Shown: positions 38,290 to 47,574, counted from the whole stretch's first letter. The stretch: 57,336 nucleotides of DNA, filler included, from an uncultured Clostridia bacterium (GCA_964482715.1; 8 parts of 8 records of this genome joined end to end with filler, not necessarily neighbours in it); one strand, 5' to 3'. Notes: a model not told the origin generated them from the letters alone. Translations and numbers: made by a program.

Positions 38290-39450
38290 TTAATCAGAAA
38301 AACTTAACCTGTTTATCCTGTAGAAAACAATCTGAAGAAGAATACCCGTTGCTATTATAAAGCCGGTTACCAGATAGGGAGTTCTGAGGGAAAAGTTCTC
38401 GGCTATAATTCCCCCTAAAAGAGGTCCAAAAATTCCTCCAGTTCCCAAAACTGTCTCGTGAAGTGCAGCACTTGGACCCCTGTGAGAGATTATATTTACA
38501 CTATAAAAGAGACTGGAAGTATGTGTCATACCGATACTTATTCCAACCAGAACAAAGGCAAAAAGAAAAAGCCAGGGAGAGGTGGTTATAAATATTACCA
38601 AAAAACCTGTTACTCCTAACAGTTGAAAGAAAATAAGAGGAAAGACCCGGTAGTGCCATCTTTGAGTAATCCCCAGAAGGTAAAAAGTTAAAGTCTGGGA
38701 AAGGGAAAAGATGAACATTAGAAATCCCAGTCGAGAAGGAGAAATTCCAAGTTCTGTCCCCAGTTTGGGGAATATGTATCTAATTACGCCAAGAGAAAGC
38801 CAGAGAGTAAAATTGGCTATTCTTGAGATATTGATATAAAGACTGTGGTTTTCTGGAGGGTCAGGATTTAAACTTATTTCAGAACGGAAGGATTCTTTCC
38901 GTTTGGGATGGGGAGTTAATCTCATTAGAAGTAGAAAAACCACTAAGCTTACCACAAGAGAAAAGTAAAAAGGTATTTCAAAGCTGATGGTAAACAAAAT
39001 GCCCCCAATCAAGGGACCCAAAGTTAAGCCAGCACTCCAGGATGTATTAAAAAATGCCATTCTCCGAACCAGAGGTTTTTGACTCTCTATTTCAGCAAGC
39101 CAGGATTCAAGAATGGGCCAGAACATGGCTGCTCCCACTCCAATCATGGCCATGGAAAGATAAAGGTGTAACATACTTTTAGACAGAGTTAAGATTAAAC
39201 AAGCTAAAACATAAAAAAGTGAGCCGGAGATTATGATTTTTTTCTTTGATCTTTTTTCTGATAGCTTTCCAAATAAAAAACAAAGAGATATATATACTAT
39301 TCCTGGAGTAAATCCCAAAATTCCAAGTCCAATTGAAGATTCTCCCAGTGAAATTGCCAGAAGAGGAACTGCTATCATTACATTTCCCATGGCTACATCT
39401 ATTAAAAAGGGTGTTAAATAAAAAACTGCCTGCGGACTTTTATCTCTCAT
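38290..39450 (-). CDS. MFS transporter
   Basis: About 12 TM segments, G.LSEK..KK, GP..GG twice. Confidence 0.88.
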   Translation of the reverse strand: MRDKSPQAVFYLTPFLIDVAMGNVMIAVPLLAISLGESSIGLGILGFTPGIVYISLCFLFGKLSEKRSKKKIIISGSLFYVLACLILTLSKSMLHLYLSMAMIGVGAAMFWPILESWLAEIESQKPLVRRMAFFNTSWSAGLTLGPLIGGILFTISFEIPFYFSLVVSLVVFLLLMRLTPHPKRKESFRSEISLNPDPPENHSLYINISRIANFTLWLSLGVIRYIFPKLGTELGISPSRLGFLMFIFSLSQTLTFYLLGITQRWHYRVFPLIFFQLLGVTGFLVIFITTSPWLFLFAFVLVGISIGMTHTSSLFYSVNIISHRGPSAALHETVLGTGGIFGPLLGGIIAENFSLRTPYLVTGFIIATGILLQIVFYRINRLSFSD

Positions 39451-39545
39451 TTTTTAATTTACTCCCTGGACGAGGAAAATAAAAAGAAGAAAGCCATCAC
39501 TTCTTATAAATTTATAAAAATGGGTAAACTCAGGATTAAAAAGGC

Positions 39546-40484
39546 TTATACAGTTTCATTAAATCCTCTGTAAAGTCCCCATTTTTTAGCCATGTTTATC
39601 ACCTTTGCATATTCAAGAAAGGAGGGTTGTCGATTTAGTTCTTCGTAATCTCTGGCTCTGTATTCTGGGCGATACTGAGCCATTATATTAACATAGGTAT
39701 CCCTGGATATTTCCTCAGCAATAAATTTAAGAATCTCCTCGCTTCCAGCAAGGTCATTAGGAAGTACAAGATGTCTTATTAAAAGTCCCTGATAAGCAAT
39801 TCCTTTTGAATCTATTTTTAAGTCGCCAACCTGACGATGCATTTCCTTAACCGCTTTTTTGCACTGTTCAAAATAATCGGGTGCATTGGAGTATTTTTCA
39901 GCCACTACAGGATCAGAATATTTAATGTCTGGCATGTAGATATCAACAATCCCTTCCAGAAGTTTCAGAGTTTCTACTTTCTCGTAACCACCACAATTGT
40001 AAACAACAGGTAGATTGAGACCTTTTTCCGTAGCTACCATTAAAGATTCAACAATTTGGGGGACAAAATGTGTTGGTGTAACCAGATTAATATTGTGACA
40101 TCCTCTGTTTTGAAGATAAATCATACCTCGGGCGAGTTCATCACAGGTTAACTTTTCTCCCTGCCGTAGGTGACTTATCTCCCAGTTTTGACAGTAAACA
40201 CAGAGAAGATTACATCCAGCCAGGAAGATGGTTCCCGAACCCCCTCTTCCTCCCAGTATGCCCAGCATCCTGTTTCCTACAAGTTCTGGTTCTTCTCCAA
40301 AGTGAGGATGGATGGAAGAGATTACGAGTTCCTTTCCCATCCCGCAGTACCCTTTCTCACCTTTTAACCTGTTTTTTTTACACTCGCGGGGACACAGAGT
40401 GCAGCTTTCCAGGATTCTGTAAAGTTTCTTTATTCTTTCTCTCAGTTCTCCGCTCTTGTAAAGCTTGATATACCCTGGCTCCAT
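39546..40484 (-). CDS. radical SAM protein, PflX-like
   Basis: C.LCPR.C...R, HFGEE, GSGTIF..GCNL.CVYCQN, HNINLVTPTH, RHLVLP. Confidence 0.92.
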   Translation of the reverse strand: MEPGYIKLYKSGELRERIKKLYRILESCTLCPRECKKNRLKGEKGYCGMGKELVISSIHPHFGEEPELVGNRMLGILGGRGGSGTIFLAGCNLLCVYCQNWEISHLRQGEKLTCDELARGMIYLQNRGCHNINLVTPTHFVPQIVESLMVATEKGLNLPVVYNCGGYEKVETLKLLEGIVDIYMPDIKYSDPVVAEKYSNAPDYFEQCKKAVKEMHRQVGDLKIDSKGIAYQGLLIRHLVLPNDLAGSEEILKFIAEEISRDTYVNIMAQYRPEYRARDYEELNRQPSFLEYAKVINMAKKWGLYRGFNETV

Positions 40485-40485
40485 A

Positions 40486-40884
40486 TTACTTGACTTTCTC
40501 CCAGGCTTTTTTTAATCCGGGCACAGTTAAGTATCTTGATAAATGAGAAGGTTCAATCCATCTAATTTCCGTATGTTCCCAGTCTATTTTTATTTTTTGG
40601 GGGTCTTTTATTTGCCAGCGATAAGGATGAACCACCCACTTTCGATTGATTTGTCTATCAAAGACTACTACAGGCTCACCTTTTTTTATCAGGGTTAAGT
40701 CCTTTTCTGTGAGACTCGTTTCTTCATTTATCTCTATAATTGCCTGTTTGTCAACATTTTCCTCTATGTATCCGCTTACTCCTGCCCATCTTCCTCGATA
40801 AGTCCCCACTTTTTTGCTTCTCCTCAAAATAAGTATCTTACCTTCAAACTCCAGAAAGTTTGTCACGACATGTTTTTCTTCCAT
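40486..40884 (-). CDS. NUDIX hydrolase
   Basis: ILILRRS..V.TY.G.W.GVSGY.E, A..EI.EET.L, WEH.E..W. Confidence 0.88.
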   Translation of the reverse strand: MEEKHVVTNFLEFEGKILILRRSKKVGTYRGRWAGVSGYIEENVDKQAIIEINEETSLTEKDLTLIKKGEPVVVFDRQINRKWVVHPYRWQIKDPQKIKIDWEHTEIRWIEPSHLSRYLTVPGLKKAWEKVK

Positions 40885-40893
40885 GTTACCTTA

Positions 40894-40967
40894 AATCTAA
40901 TCAAAATTAAATTTAAGGCAAGAATATTAGAAGTTATTCTTGCCTTTTTATGAGTCGGTAGTAGAAT
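40894..40967. promoter_or_regulatory. putative back-to-back divergent promoters built on a 12-bp inverted repeat
   Basis: AAGGCAAGAATA-8 nt-TATTCTTGCCTT (40915-40946); TTGCCT-16-TAGAAT on plus and TTGCCT-16-TAGATT on minus. Confidence 0.5.
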
Positions 40968-40976
40968 TAAGAAGAA

Positions 40977-41076
40977 NNNNNNNNNNNNNNNNNNNNNNNN
41001 NNNNNNNNNNNNNNNNNNNNTTAATTAATTAANNNNNNNNNNNNNNNNNNNNNNNNNNNNNNNNNNNNNNNNNNNN
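40977..41076. other. artificial contig linker
   Basis: N44-TTAATTAATTAA-N44. Confidence 0.98.
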
Positions 41077-41150
41077 CTGATCCTCTGGCAAAAGATTATA
41101 TTCAAAATATGCGTAAAATTACTAAAGTTCTGGGAAAATACCTGAATTGA
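41077..41150 (+). CDS. C-terminus of a metal ABC substrate-binding protein (contig-truncated)
   Basis: DPLAKDYIQNMRKIT; directly upstream of the metal ABC ATPase. Confidence 0.65.
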
Positions 41151-41151
41151 C

Positions 41152-41919
41152 ATGGAAGAAATAATCAGTTTAAAAGATATATGGGTGTACTTTGACAGCG
41201 TGGTTGTACTTCAGAATATCAACCTCACAGTCAGGGAAGGGGAATTCCTGGGGATAATTGGTCCTAACGGTGGCGGGAAAACTACACTTTTAAAAGTAAT
41301 TCTGGGTCTTATTAGGCCTGCCCAGGGCGAAGTTAAGGTATTCGGTAAAGATCCTGCTAAAGCAAGAGGTTTAATTGGATATGTACCTCAATATAGTTTT
41401 TTTGATCTTTCGTTTCCCATAAGTGTTTTTGATACAGTCTTAATGGGAAGATATCAGGGGATTTTAAAGAGATATTCCATAGAAGACAAAAAAGCTGTCA
41501 CCGATGCTCTCAAAGCTGTTGATATGTGGGAGTTAAAAGATGAACCAATAGGTCAGTTATCTGGAGGACAGCGTCAGAGAGTCTTTTTGGCCAGGGCAAT
41601 TGCCAGGCAGCCAAAACTGCTTCTACTGGATGAGCCAACCACGAGTATTGATCCTCAAATACAGGAGTCATTTTATAAAATGCTTCTTGAACTTAAGAAA
41701 AAAATGACCATTGTGATGGTAACTCATGATATAAGTGCTGTTTCTGTATATGTTGATAAAGTTGCCTGTCTTAATCGGGAATTATTTTATCATGGGTCTA
41801 AAAATAAGATTCTGGAAGAGCTTAAAAGGACGTATACCTGTCCTATAGATCTTATTACCCATGGGATTATCCACAAATTTCCGCAAGGACACGAAAAAGA
41901 TGGAAATTCTTCAGTTTGA
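41152..41919 (+). CDS. Zn/Mn ABC transporter ATP-binding protein (ZnuC-like)
   Basis: GPNGGGKT, GYVPQ, LSGGQRQR, LLLDEP, VTHD. Confidence 0.93.
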   Translation: MEEIISLKDIWVYFDSVVVLQNINLTVREGEFLGIIGPNGGGKTTLLKVILGLIRPAQGEVKVFGKDPAKARGLIGYVPQYSFFDLSFPISVFDTVLMGRYQGILKRYSIEDKKAVTDALKAVDMWELKDEPIGQLSGGQRQRVFLARAIARQPKLLLLDEPTTSIDPQIQESFYKMLLELKKKMTIVMVTHDISAVSVYVDKVACLNRELFYHGSKNKILEELKRTYTCPIDLITHGIIHKFPQGHEKDGNSSV

Positions 41920-42742
41920 ATTCATAAGAAACAGTCTCATTGCTGCAGTACTGGTAAATGTGGCCTGCGGTATTGTAGGAAGTTACATTGTCATAAAAAG
42001 GATAACTTTTATCAGCGGAGGGATTTCTCATACTGCCTTTGGTGGTGTGGGGCTCGGGCACTTACTTGGGATTAACCCTGTTTTGACTGCTCTCCCTTTT
42101 AGTGTTCTTGCTGGAATTTTAATCGGAATTCTTAGTAAAAAAACAAAGGTTAATGAAGATACAGCTATCGGGATGCTCTGGGTTGTCGGTATGGCTCTGG
42201 GTATAATATTTATCAATTTAACCGCGGGTTATGCTCCTGATCTTTTCGGTTATTTGTTTGGAAGTATTCTCACAGTTACACCTTTTGACCTTTACATGAT
42301 GTTATGTCTTAATCTGGTAATAATTCTCATGACTGTTTTATTTTTCCGGGAATTTTTATTTATCTGTTTTGATGAAGAATTTTCTACGGTGGTTGGCGTT
42401 CCTGCAACTATTTTATATTTTGCCCTTTTATGTTTAATTTCCCTTAGTGTAGTAATACTGATTAGAGTTGTGGGCGTTATTCTGGTCATCGGTCTTTTGA
42501 CCATTCCCGCTGTGATAAGCAGAGGATTTACCCATAATATAAAAAAGTTAATGCTGCTTTCCATAGTAATAGGAATTTCTCTGACTGTGGGAGGACTCTT
42601 CCTTTCCTATATGGTTGATTTAGCCTGTGGACCTACCATAATTCTCGTGCTGGGAGGTGCTTTCCTCGTGTCTTTACTTTTTAGACGTATTAAGGTCCTC
42701 AGGGAAGGTCACGTGCCTAAGAAAGTTAAAAAAAACGGTTAG
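41900..42742 (+). CDS. Zn/Mn ABC transporter permease (ZnuB-like)
   Basis: ISH.AFGG, EDTAIG, YLFGSIL, FDEEF, VVGVILV..LL.IP. Confidence 0.93.
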   Translation: MEILQFEFIRNSLIAAVLVNVACGIVGSYIVIKRITFISGGISHTAFGGVGLGHLLGINPVLTALPFSVLAGILIGILSKKTKVNEDTAIGMLWVVGMALGIIFINLTAGYAPDLFGYLFGSILTVTPFDLYMMLCLNLVIILMTVLFFREFLFICFDEEFSTVVGVPATILYFALLCLISLSVVILIRVVGVILVIGLLTIPAVISRGFTHNIKKLMLLSIVIGISLTVGGLFLSYMVDLACGPTIILVLGGAFLVSLLFRRIKVLREGHVPKKVKKNG

Positions 42743-42762
42743 TGCATTCGCTTTGATTATGC

Positions 42763-42932
42763 CTGAGTCTGGGACAGTTTATTTTGTTTTCACTTTTCAG
42801 GCTGCCGGGTATCTCGCAGGAAGTGTGCCTCGCAAGAGGTTTATCTCGCCTATCATTTTAGTGCAGCAGGCCTTTTCTTTTTATGGATGCAAAGGGAGTC
42901 TTTATCTTCATAAGAAAGTGCCCCAATTTCAG
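42763..42932. mobile_element. MITE-like element, copy 2 (170 bp)
   Basis: CTGAGTCTGGGACAGTTT...AAAGTGCCCCAATTTCAG; core CCGGGTATCTC.CAGGAAGTGT.CCTCGCAAGAGGTTTAT...TTTTAGTGCAGCAGG shared with copy 1. Confidence 0.8.
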
Positions 42933-43018
42933 GTTATCAAGATTGACCCTGTCTCCTATCCGTGTTATTAATTATATAAAGGGTTCTCCTAAAAATTTAC
43001 CTTATCGGGAGGAAAAAA

Positions 43019-43621
43019 ATGGAAAAATGGGAAGAAAAATTACCACCAAGAGCAAGAGAGAGACTGGCAAAGATTACAATAACTCCCGAAGATAGAGAGA
43101 GAATAAAGAACCTGGAAAAGTTAAAGACTTACCTTGCTGATTTTTATCGTGAAAAGTTAAGTCCGGATGATCTGGTGAATAAATTAAGGGAGCTTAAATC
43201 AAAAGAAAGAGATTTCCTGATTAAAGAGGCTCAGTTAAGGTTGATTAATTCCCTTAACTTGCAGATTTCTTCTCCCGATTTTAAAAAACGAGGAAAATGT
43301 ATTCTCATGCTGGAAAGACTGAAGCCTAAAGGCAAGGATCTTTTAATGAAAACAGAACTTAACTCCCTTGGCGTTATAATAAAAAGATACCTGGAGGAGA
43401 GGGAAAGGGTATATCAGCAAATAAAAAAGGAGGTGGAAAGTAATCCAGAATTAAGAATTAGACAGGTTAAAACTGAGGAGGGAGATGTAATAATTCATCT
43501 GTCAGTGGATGAAGCTGTAAGAAATACGTCTCAGTGGAAAGACTTTATTTACCAGCACGAGTCTCTCTGTCAATCAGAATTTGCAAAGTCAATAGAAAAG
43601 TTAAAGAAAATAATATCCTGA
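43019..43621 (+). CDS. hypothetical alpha-helical protein
   Basis: 200-aa ORF with GGAGG RBS, charged helical composition. Confidence 0.75.
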   Translation: MEKWEEKLPPRARERLAKITITPEDRERIKNLEKLKTYLADFYREKLSPDDLVNKLRELKSKERDFLIKEAQLRLINSLNLQISSPDFKKRGKCILMLERLKPKGKDLLMKTELNSLGVIIKRYLEERERVYQQIKKEVESNPELRIRQVKTEEGDVIIHLSVDEAVRNTSQWKDFIYQHESLCQSEFAKSIEKLKKIIS

Positions 43622-43685
43622 CTTTGAAATGGAAAAGGTAAAACTTTGATGGAGAAATCTCTCCTGGAGACTTTCATAATTTAAA

Positions 43686-44156
43686 TTAACTCTTAAATTT
43701 TTTTAATCTTTCTTCACGGCGAAGTTTGGCTTGTTCGTATTTCTGCTTTTCTTCCTCGGTTTCAGGAATAAGCTGAGGAACAGGGGCAGGCCTGCCTTCT
43801 TCATCAAGAGCTACCATGGTTAAATAAGCTGTTGCAACTGAAAGAATCTCTCCTGTCTTAATCTTTTCTGTTTGCACTTTAACCTCAACTTCCATACTGG
43901 TTCTTCCCACAAAGGTAATCACAGCTTTTAAAGTGACGACATCACCGATGTGAACAGGATTTTCAAAATTCAGGGAATCTATACAGGCTGTGACAATATT
44001 TCGCCGGGCATGACGGGATGCCGCTACATAAGCCACCTCATCTACAAGCTTCATTATAACTCCACCATGAACATTGCCATAGTGACTTGCATGGTGGGGC
44101 ATCATCACCTGAGAAAGAGTGGCAACTGAATCTTTTACTCTTTTTCCCTCCTTCAT
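43686..44156 (-). CDS. acyl-CoA thioesterase (hotdog fold)
   Basis: P.H...YG.VHGG.IMKL.DE.A, VTA..D...F, VGRTSMEV, VALD..G.P..VP. Confidence 0.93.
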   Translation of the reverse strand: MKEGKRVKDSVATLSQVMMPHHASHYGNVHGGVIMKLVDEVAYVAASRHARRNIVTACIDSLNFENPVHIGDVVTLKAVITFVGRTSMEVEVKVQTEKIKTGEILSVATAYLTMVALDEEGRPAPVPQLIPETEEEKQKYEQAKLRREERLKKFKS

Positions 44157-44403
44157 ACAACTTCCCTTTTAAGTCTAAATTTTCTGATTTATTTTTACTT
44201 TTACCAGAGCTATTCACCAGTTAAGGGCTGTTTTATCTCTAATAGTCTGGTATCAGTTATTTTTTAAAATAAAGTCCGGGTGTTCATGACCATATTACTT
44301 TCCATTTCATCAAATTTTATACCTTATATTCCTCTCCCTTATAATCTTGTTCATCCATTACTGCTGACTTAAAACTTTTTTGACCTCTCGGAAAAGATGG
44401 TGT

Positions 44404-44734
44404 TTAAATTCTAACAGATTTTATCTCTTTGTAAAGCTCTTTCCGTAATTTTTGACCAGATAATTGTAAACCTGACAGCCCAATCTGGTGGAAAAAATAA
44501 ATCTTTTCTTCTCAATAACGTATCTTCGAGCAAATAATTTCTGTATAATGGTAGCCTAAGTTGAAGGTCTGCCTGGGTAGGGGGGTAACCCTCTGGCAGA
44601 AAAGCCGTCTTTTTCTTTTGTTTGAACTTTTTCTCTTGAGAGTGTTTTGAAACTTTTCTTTTTCTTTCAATTTCTTGATGAGTTAGATCCTGTCCACATA
44701 TCTGGCATAAATTCTCGTAAATAACCGGTATCAT
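44404..44734 (-). pseudogene. rgy: reverse gyrase remnant (N-terminus fused to C-terminal segments)
   Basis: MIPVIYENLCQICGQDL...EIE; TQADL; then in other frames GRPST*ATIIQKLFARRYVIEK....STRLG.QVY.YL...YGK and ELYKEIKSVRI*. Confidence 0.85.
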
Positions 44735-44736
44735 TG

Positions 44737-44836
44737 NNNNNNNNNNNNNNNNNNNNNNNNNNNNNNNNNNNNNNNNNNNNNNNNNNNNNNNNNNNNNNNN
44801 NNNNNNNNNNNNNNNNNNNNNNNNNNNNNNNNNNNN
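44737..44836. other. scaffold gap (100 N, no stop linker)
   Basis: Plain N run, distinct from the contig linkers. Confidence 0.95.
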
Positions 44837-44922
44837 ACTTTGTTTTTAACTTTCCTTCTTTAAATAACTTAATGCAAACAACAATTATTATAACATATTC
44901 ACCCATGTCAAATCTTCAAGAG

Positions 44923-45014
44923 CTGAAGTTAGGATAGTTTTACTTATATCTTCTCCCCCAGGCTCCCGGGGGCCTTATCCTCATGAGAAAATATAAAAAC
45001 TGTCGCAACTTCAG
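44923..45014. mobile_element. MITE-like element, copy 4 (92 bp)
   Basis: CTGAAGTTAGGATAGTTTT / AAAACTGTCGCAACTTCAG ends; perfect 8-bp flanking direct repeat TTCAAGAG (44915-44922, 45015-45022). Confidence 0.75.
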
Positions 45015-45152
45015 TTCAAGAGCTGAAAATTAAGGGTATCAGGATCATTAATTTTACTTTTTATCCTACTTTGTATATGATAAAAAGGTCACATATACGA
45101 GTTTTTGTCATAAATTTTAATTTTCACTACCTCTAAAAATAAGGGTTTATCT

Positions 45153-46319
45153 ATGAAAAGCAGCACATACCTGAAAGGTATCAGCATAAATATACTCCTG
45201 TTAGGTATTGTCAGTTTTCTGAATGATTTAAGCAGCGAGATGATAATGCCGATTCTGCCCATGTTTATAACAGCTCTGGGTGGTACCGGTCTTGTTGTTG
45301 GACTGATTGGTGGATTGAGGGATAGCCTTTCAAGTATTCTAAAGATTTTCGCTGGCTACTGGTCTGATAGAACAGGAAGAAGAAAGGTATTTGTATCTTC
45401 TGGTTACCTAACCTCTTCAGTATTTAAATTATTCCTGGCTTTTTCCAGAACATGGGAGCATATCTTAGTTTTTGCCAGTCTGGAGAGGGTAGGCAAAGGA
45501 TTAAGAACTGCTTCAAGAGATGCTATTATTGCCGATTCCATGCCAGAAGAAAAAGGCAGGGGTTTTGGAATTCATAGAGCCTTAGATACTTCCGGGGCAA
45601 TTTTGGGTTCGGTTGTTGTTTTTCTTTTATTCTGGTTTTTAAATTTTGATTTAAAGACAATCATATTCATCGCTGCAGCTGTTGCATTTACTTCTTTGAT
45701 CCCTCTGTATTTTGTGAAAGAAGAGAGGAGAGAACCACAAGATATAACTCTAAAAATAGGCTTGAGTAATCTTCCTTCATCCCTAAAATTGTTCATTTTG
45801 GTTTCCGGTATATTCTCTCTGGCAAATTTTAGCTATATGTTTTTTATCCTCAGGGCTCAAGAATTTTTTGCAGGTAAATTATCCCTTGGTGTACCAATTC
45901 TTCTATACGTTCTTTTTAACATATTTTACGCTATTTTTGCCATTCCTTTCGGTAGCCTTTCCGACAAAATAGGGAGGAAAAAAGTTATTGTTTTTGGTTA
46001 TTTATTATTTTCCTTAACCTCTCTTGGATTTGCATTTTTCAGCTCATTACAAGCTTTTGTGGTTTTATTTGCTCTTTATGGCATAACTCATGCAATAATA
46101 GATGGCAATCAAAGAGCTTTTGTTGCCGATTTGTCCTCAGAGAAGTTGAGGGCTACAGCTCTGGGAACATTTCATACCACAGTTAGCTTAGCGGCTCTAC
46201 CAGCTGGTTTAATCGCTGGCATCTTATGGCAAATTAATCCAAGTATAACCTTTATATACGGGGCTGCGGTTAGTTTCATCTCGGTCAGTCTATTCATTGT
46301 TAAATTTATTTTAAAATAA
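45153..46319 (+). CDS. MFS transporter
   Basis: VSFLNDLSSEMI.P, G.WSDR.GRRK, ERVGKGLRT..RDA.I, G.LSDKIGRK. Confidence 0.93.
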   Translation: MKSSTYLKGISINILLLGIVSFLNDLSSEMIMPILPMFITALGGTGLVVGLIGGLRDSLSSILKIFAGYWSDRTGRRKVFVSSGYLTSSVFKLFLAFSRTWEHILVFASLERVGKGLRTASRDAIIADSMPEEKGRGFGIHRALDTSGAILGSVVVFLLFWFLNFDLKTIIFIAAAVAFTSLIPLYFVKEERREPQDITLKIGLSNLPSSLKLFILVSGIFSLANFSYMFFILRAQEFFAGKLSLGVPILLYVLFNIFYAIFAIPFGSLSDKIGRKKVIVFGYLLFSLTSLGFAFFSSLQAFVVLFALYGITHAIIDGNQRAFVADLSSEKLRATALGTFHTTVSLAALPAGLIAGILWQINPSITFIYGAAVSFISVSLFIVKFILK

Positions 46320-46362
46320 AATTATGTAGCCTGACATTGAAAGTAGCGGTGGAGGTGAGAAA

Positions 46363-46850
46363 ATGGGCAGATGTTTAATCTGGAAAGTTACACTTTTTAT
46401 AGTGGCAATTCTCCTTGTCTCCGGGTGTGTCCAACATAGCAGATTATTAGAAAAACATGAAGAGCAGAGAAATTCCCCGGGTAAACCCGGCTTTCTTCCC
46501 TCTCTCCAAACCTGTACCGAAAAAATACATGGAGTATAGAAATTTTCCAGGAGCAGAAAGGTTCGGTTTTGTCTGTATGGATCTTCTTGCTATACAAGAT
46601 TTAAACCTGGGTTGGGTTAGACCATATCCCGGCCCTTTCATATGGGGAAAAATTGAACCAGCAAAAGGAAAATACGATTTTAGCCAGGTTGATGAAGTGG
46701 TTAGAAAAGCACAGGCAATGAACCTTACATCCTTGCAATCATCTGGCCATATGCAAAATGGGATCAGGAAAAGTGGGGAAAGAATTTGTTAAAACCTGGT
46801 AGAAAGATATGACGGAGATAGGATAGATGATATGCCTGGATTAAAAAAAA
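46363..46850 (+). pseudogene. decayed secreted/lipoprotein clan GH-A glycoside hydrolase-like gene
   Basis: GGAGGTGA RBS; LLVSGCV lipobox-like; WVRP.PGPFIWG.IEP.KG.YDFS..D; IWPYA.WDQ and LVERYDGD.IDDMPGL in shifted frames; truncated. Confidence 0.65.
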
Positions 46851-46925
46851 TGTTCAGTCCAAGCATAACTACTGTTTTAACATTCATTAAATTTAATGAA
46901 CTATTTTGATTTTCACTACCCTTTC

Positions 46926-47285
46926 TCAGTCAAACACATCACACAGAGGACACCGCCAATCTTTCCCTTCTGGACGTTGAGGATGCTGGTTATTATCTAA
47001 CCTTTCCGATCCACCAAAATCGTGATAATTTTTACATTCCTTCTCAAAAGCATCCTTAGGAGATGTTGCATAACTAAAGCTAAAATACTCATACTTATCT
47101 GTTTTTCCAGCCCAATATTTTAATTGGCTATTCAAATCATCATCAGAGCGTCCCACATAACTCACAGCAAAAGAAATTTTAACCATTTTCCCTAAAGCAT
47201 AATTCCCGGGAGATTTCCTTGTAACAACCTCATCAATTTTTTCAGCTGTGAGTTTATAAGGCCCCTTCATATTCAACCATGTCAT
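46926..47285 (-). CDS. hypothetical protein, GIY-YIG-like
   Basis: PGNYALG...YVGRS..DL...L, AF.KEC..YH, N..HP, C-terminal CPLC. Confidence 0.6.
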   Translation of the reverse strand: MTWLNMKGPYKLTAEKIDEVVTRKSPGNYALGKMVKISFAVSYVGRSDDDLNSQLKYWAGKTDKYEYFSFSYATSPKDAFEKECKNYHDFGGSERLDNNQHPQRPEGKDWRCPLCDVFD

Positions 47286-47574
47286 CTTATTGCCTCCATT
47301 TATGTGAACTTTATCACCAGTTGTTTTCCTTTGAGCAGAGCAAAAATAAAAAATTCCTTCATCTTTTAAACCAGAAAGAGCACTCGGAATAGCGAGATAA
47401 GAATATCAGTTTGAAAACAAACTGTCAAATTGTTTATGCGTTTGGCTATAATGGTGAGGAATTTTAGAAACACACAGGGAAATTGCCGTTTTTAGTAAAT
47501 TTATTCGTTTTTTAGAGACCTTGATTCTGAAATTAACTTTAAACGTTTATCTTTTTGTAATCTAACATTTGAAA

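Noticed and set aside
44411-44734. 107-aa ORF as a genuine small protein
   Set aside because: After about residue 60 it is out-of-frame translation of reverse gyrase C-terminal sequence.
46331-46345. CTGACATTG as a fifth MITE end (also GCGGAACTCTG near 52100)
   Set aside because: Match is too short and no partner end was found.
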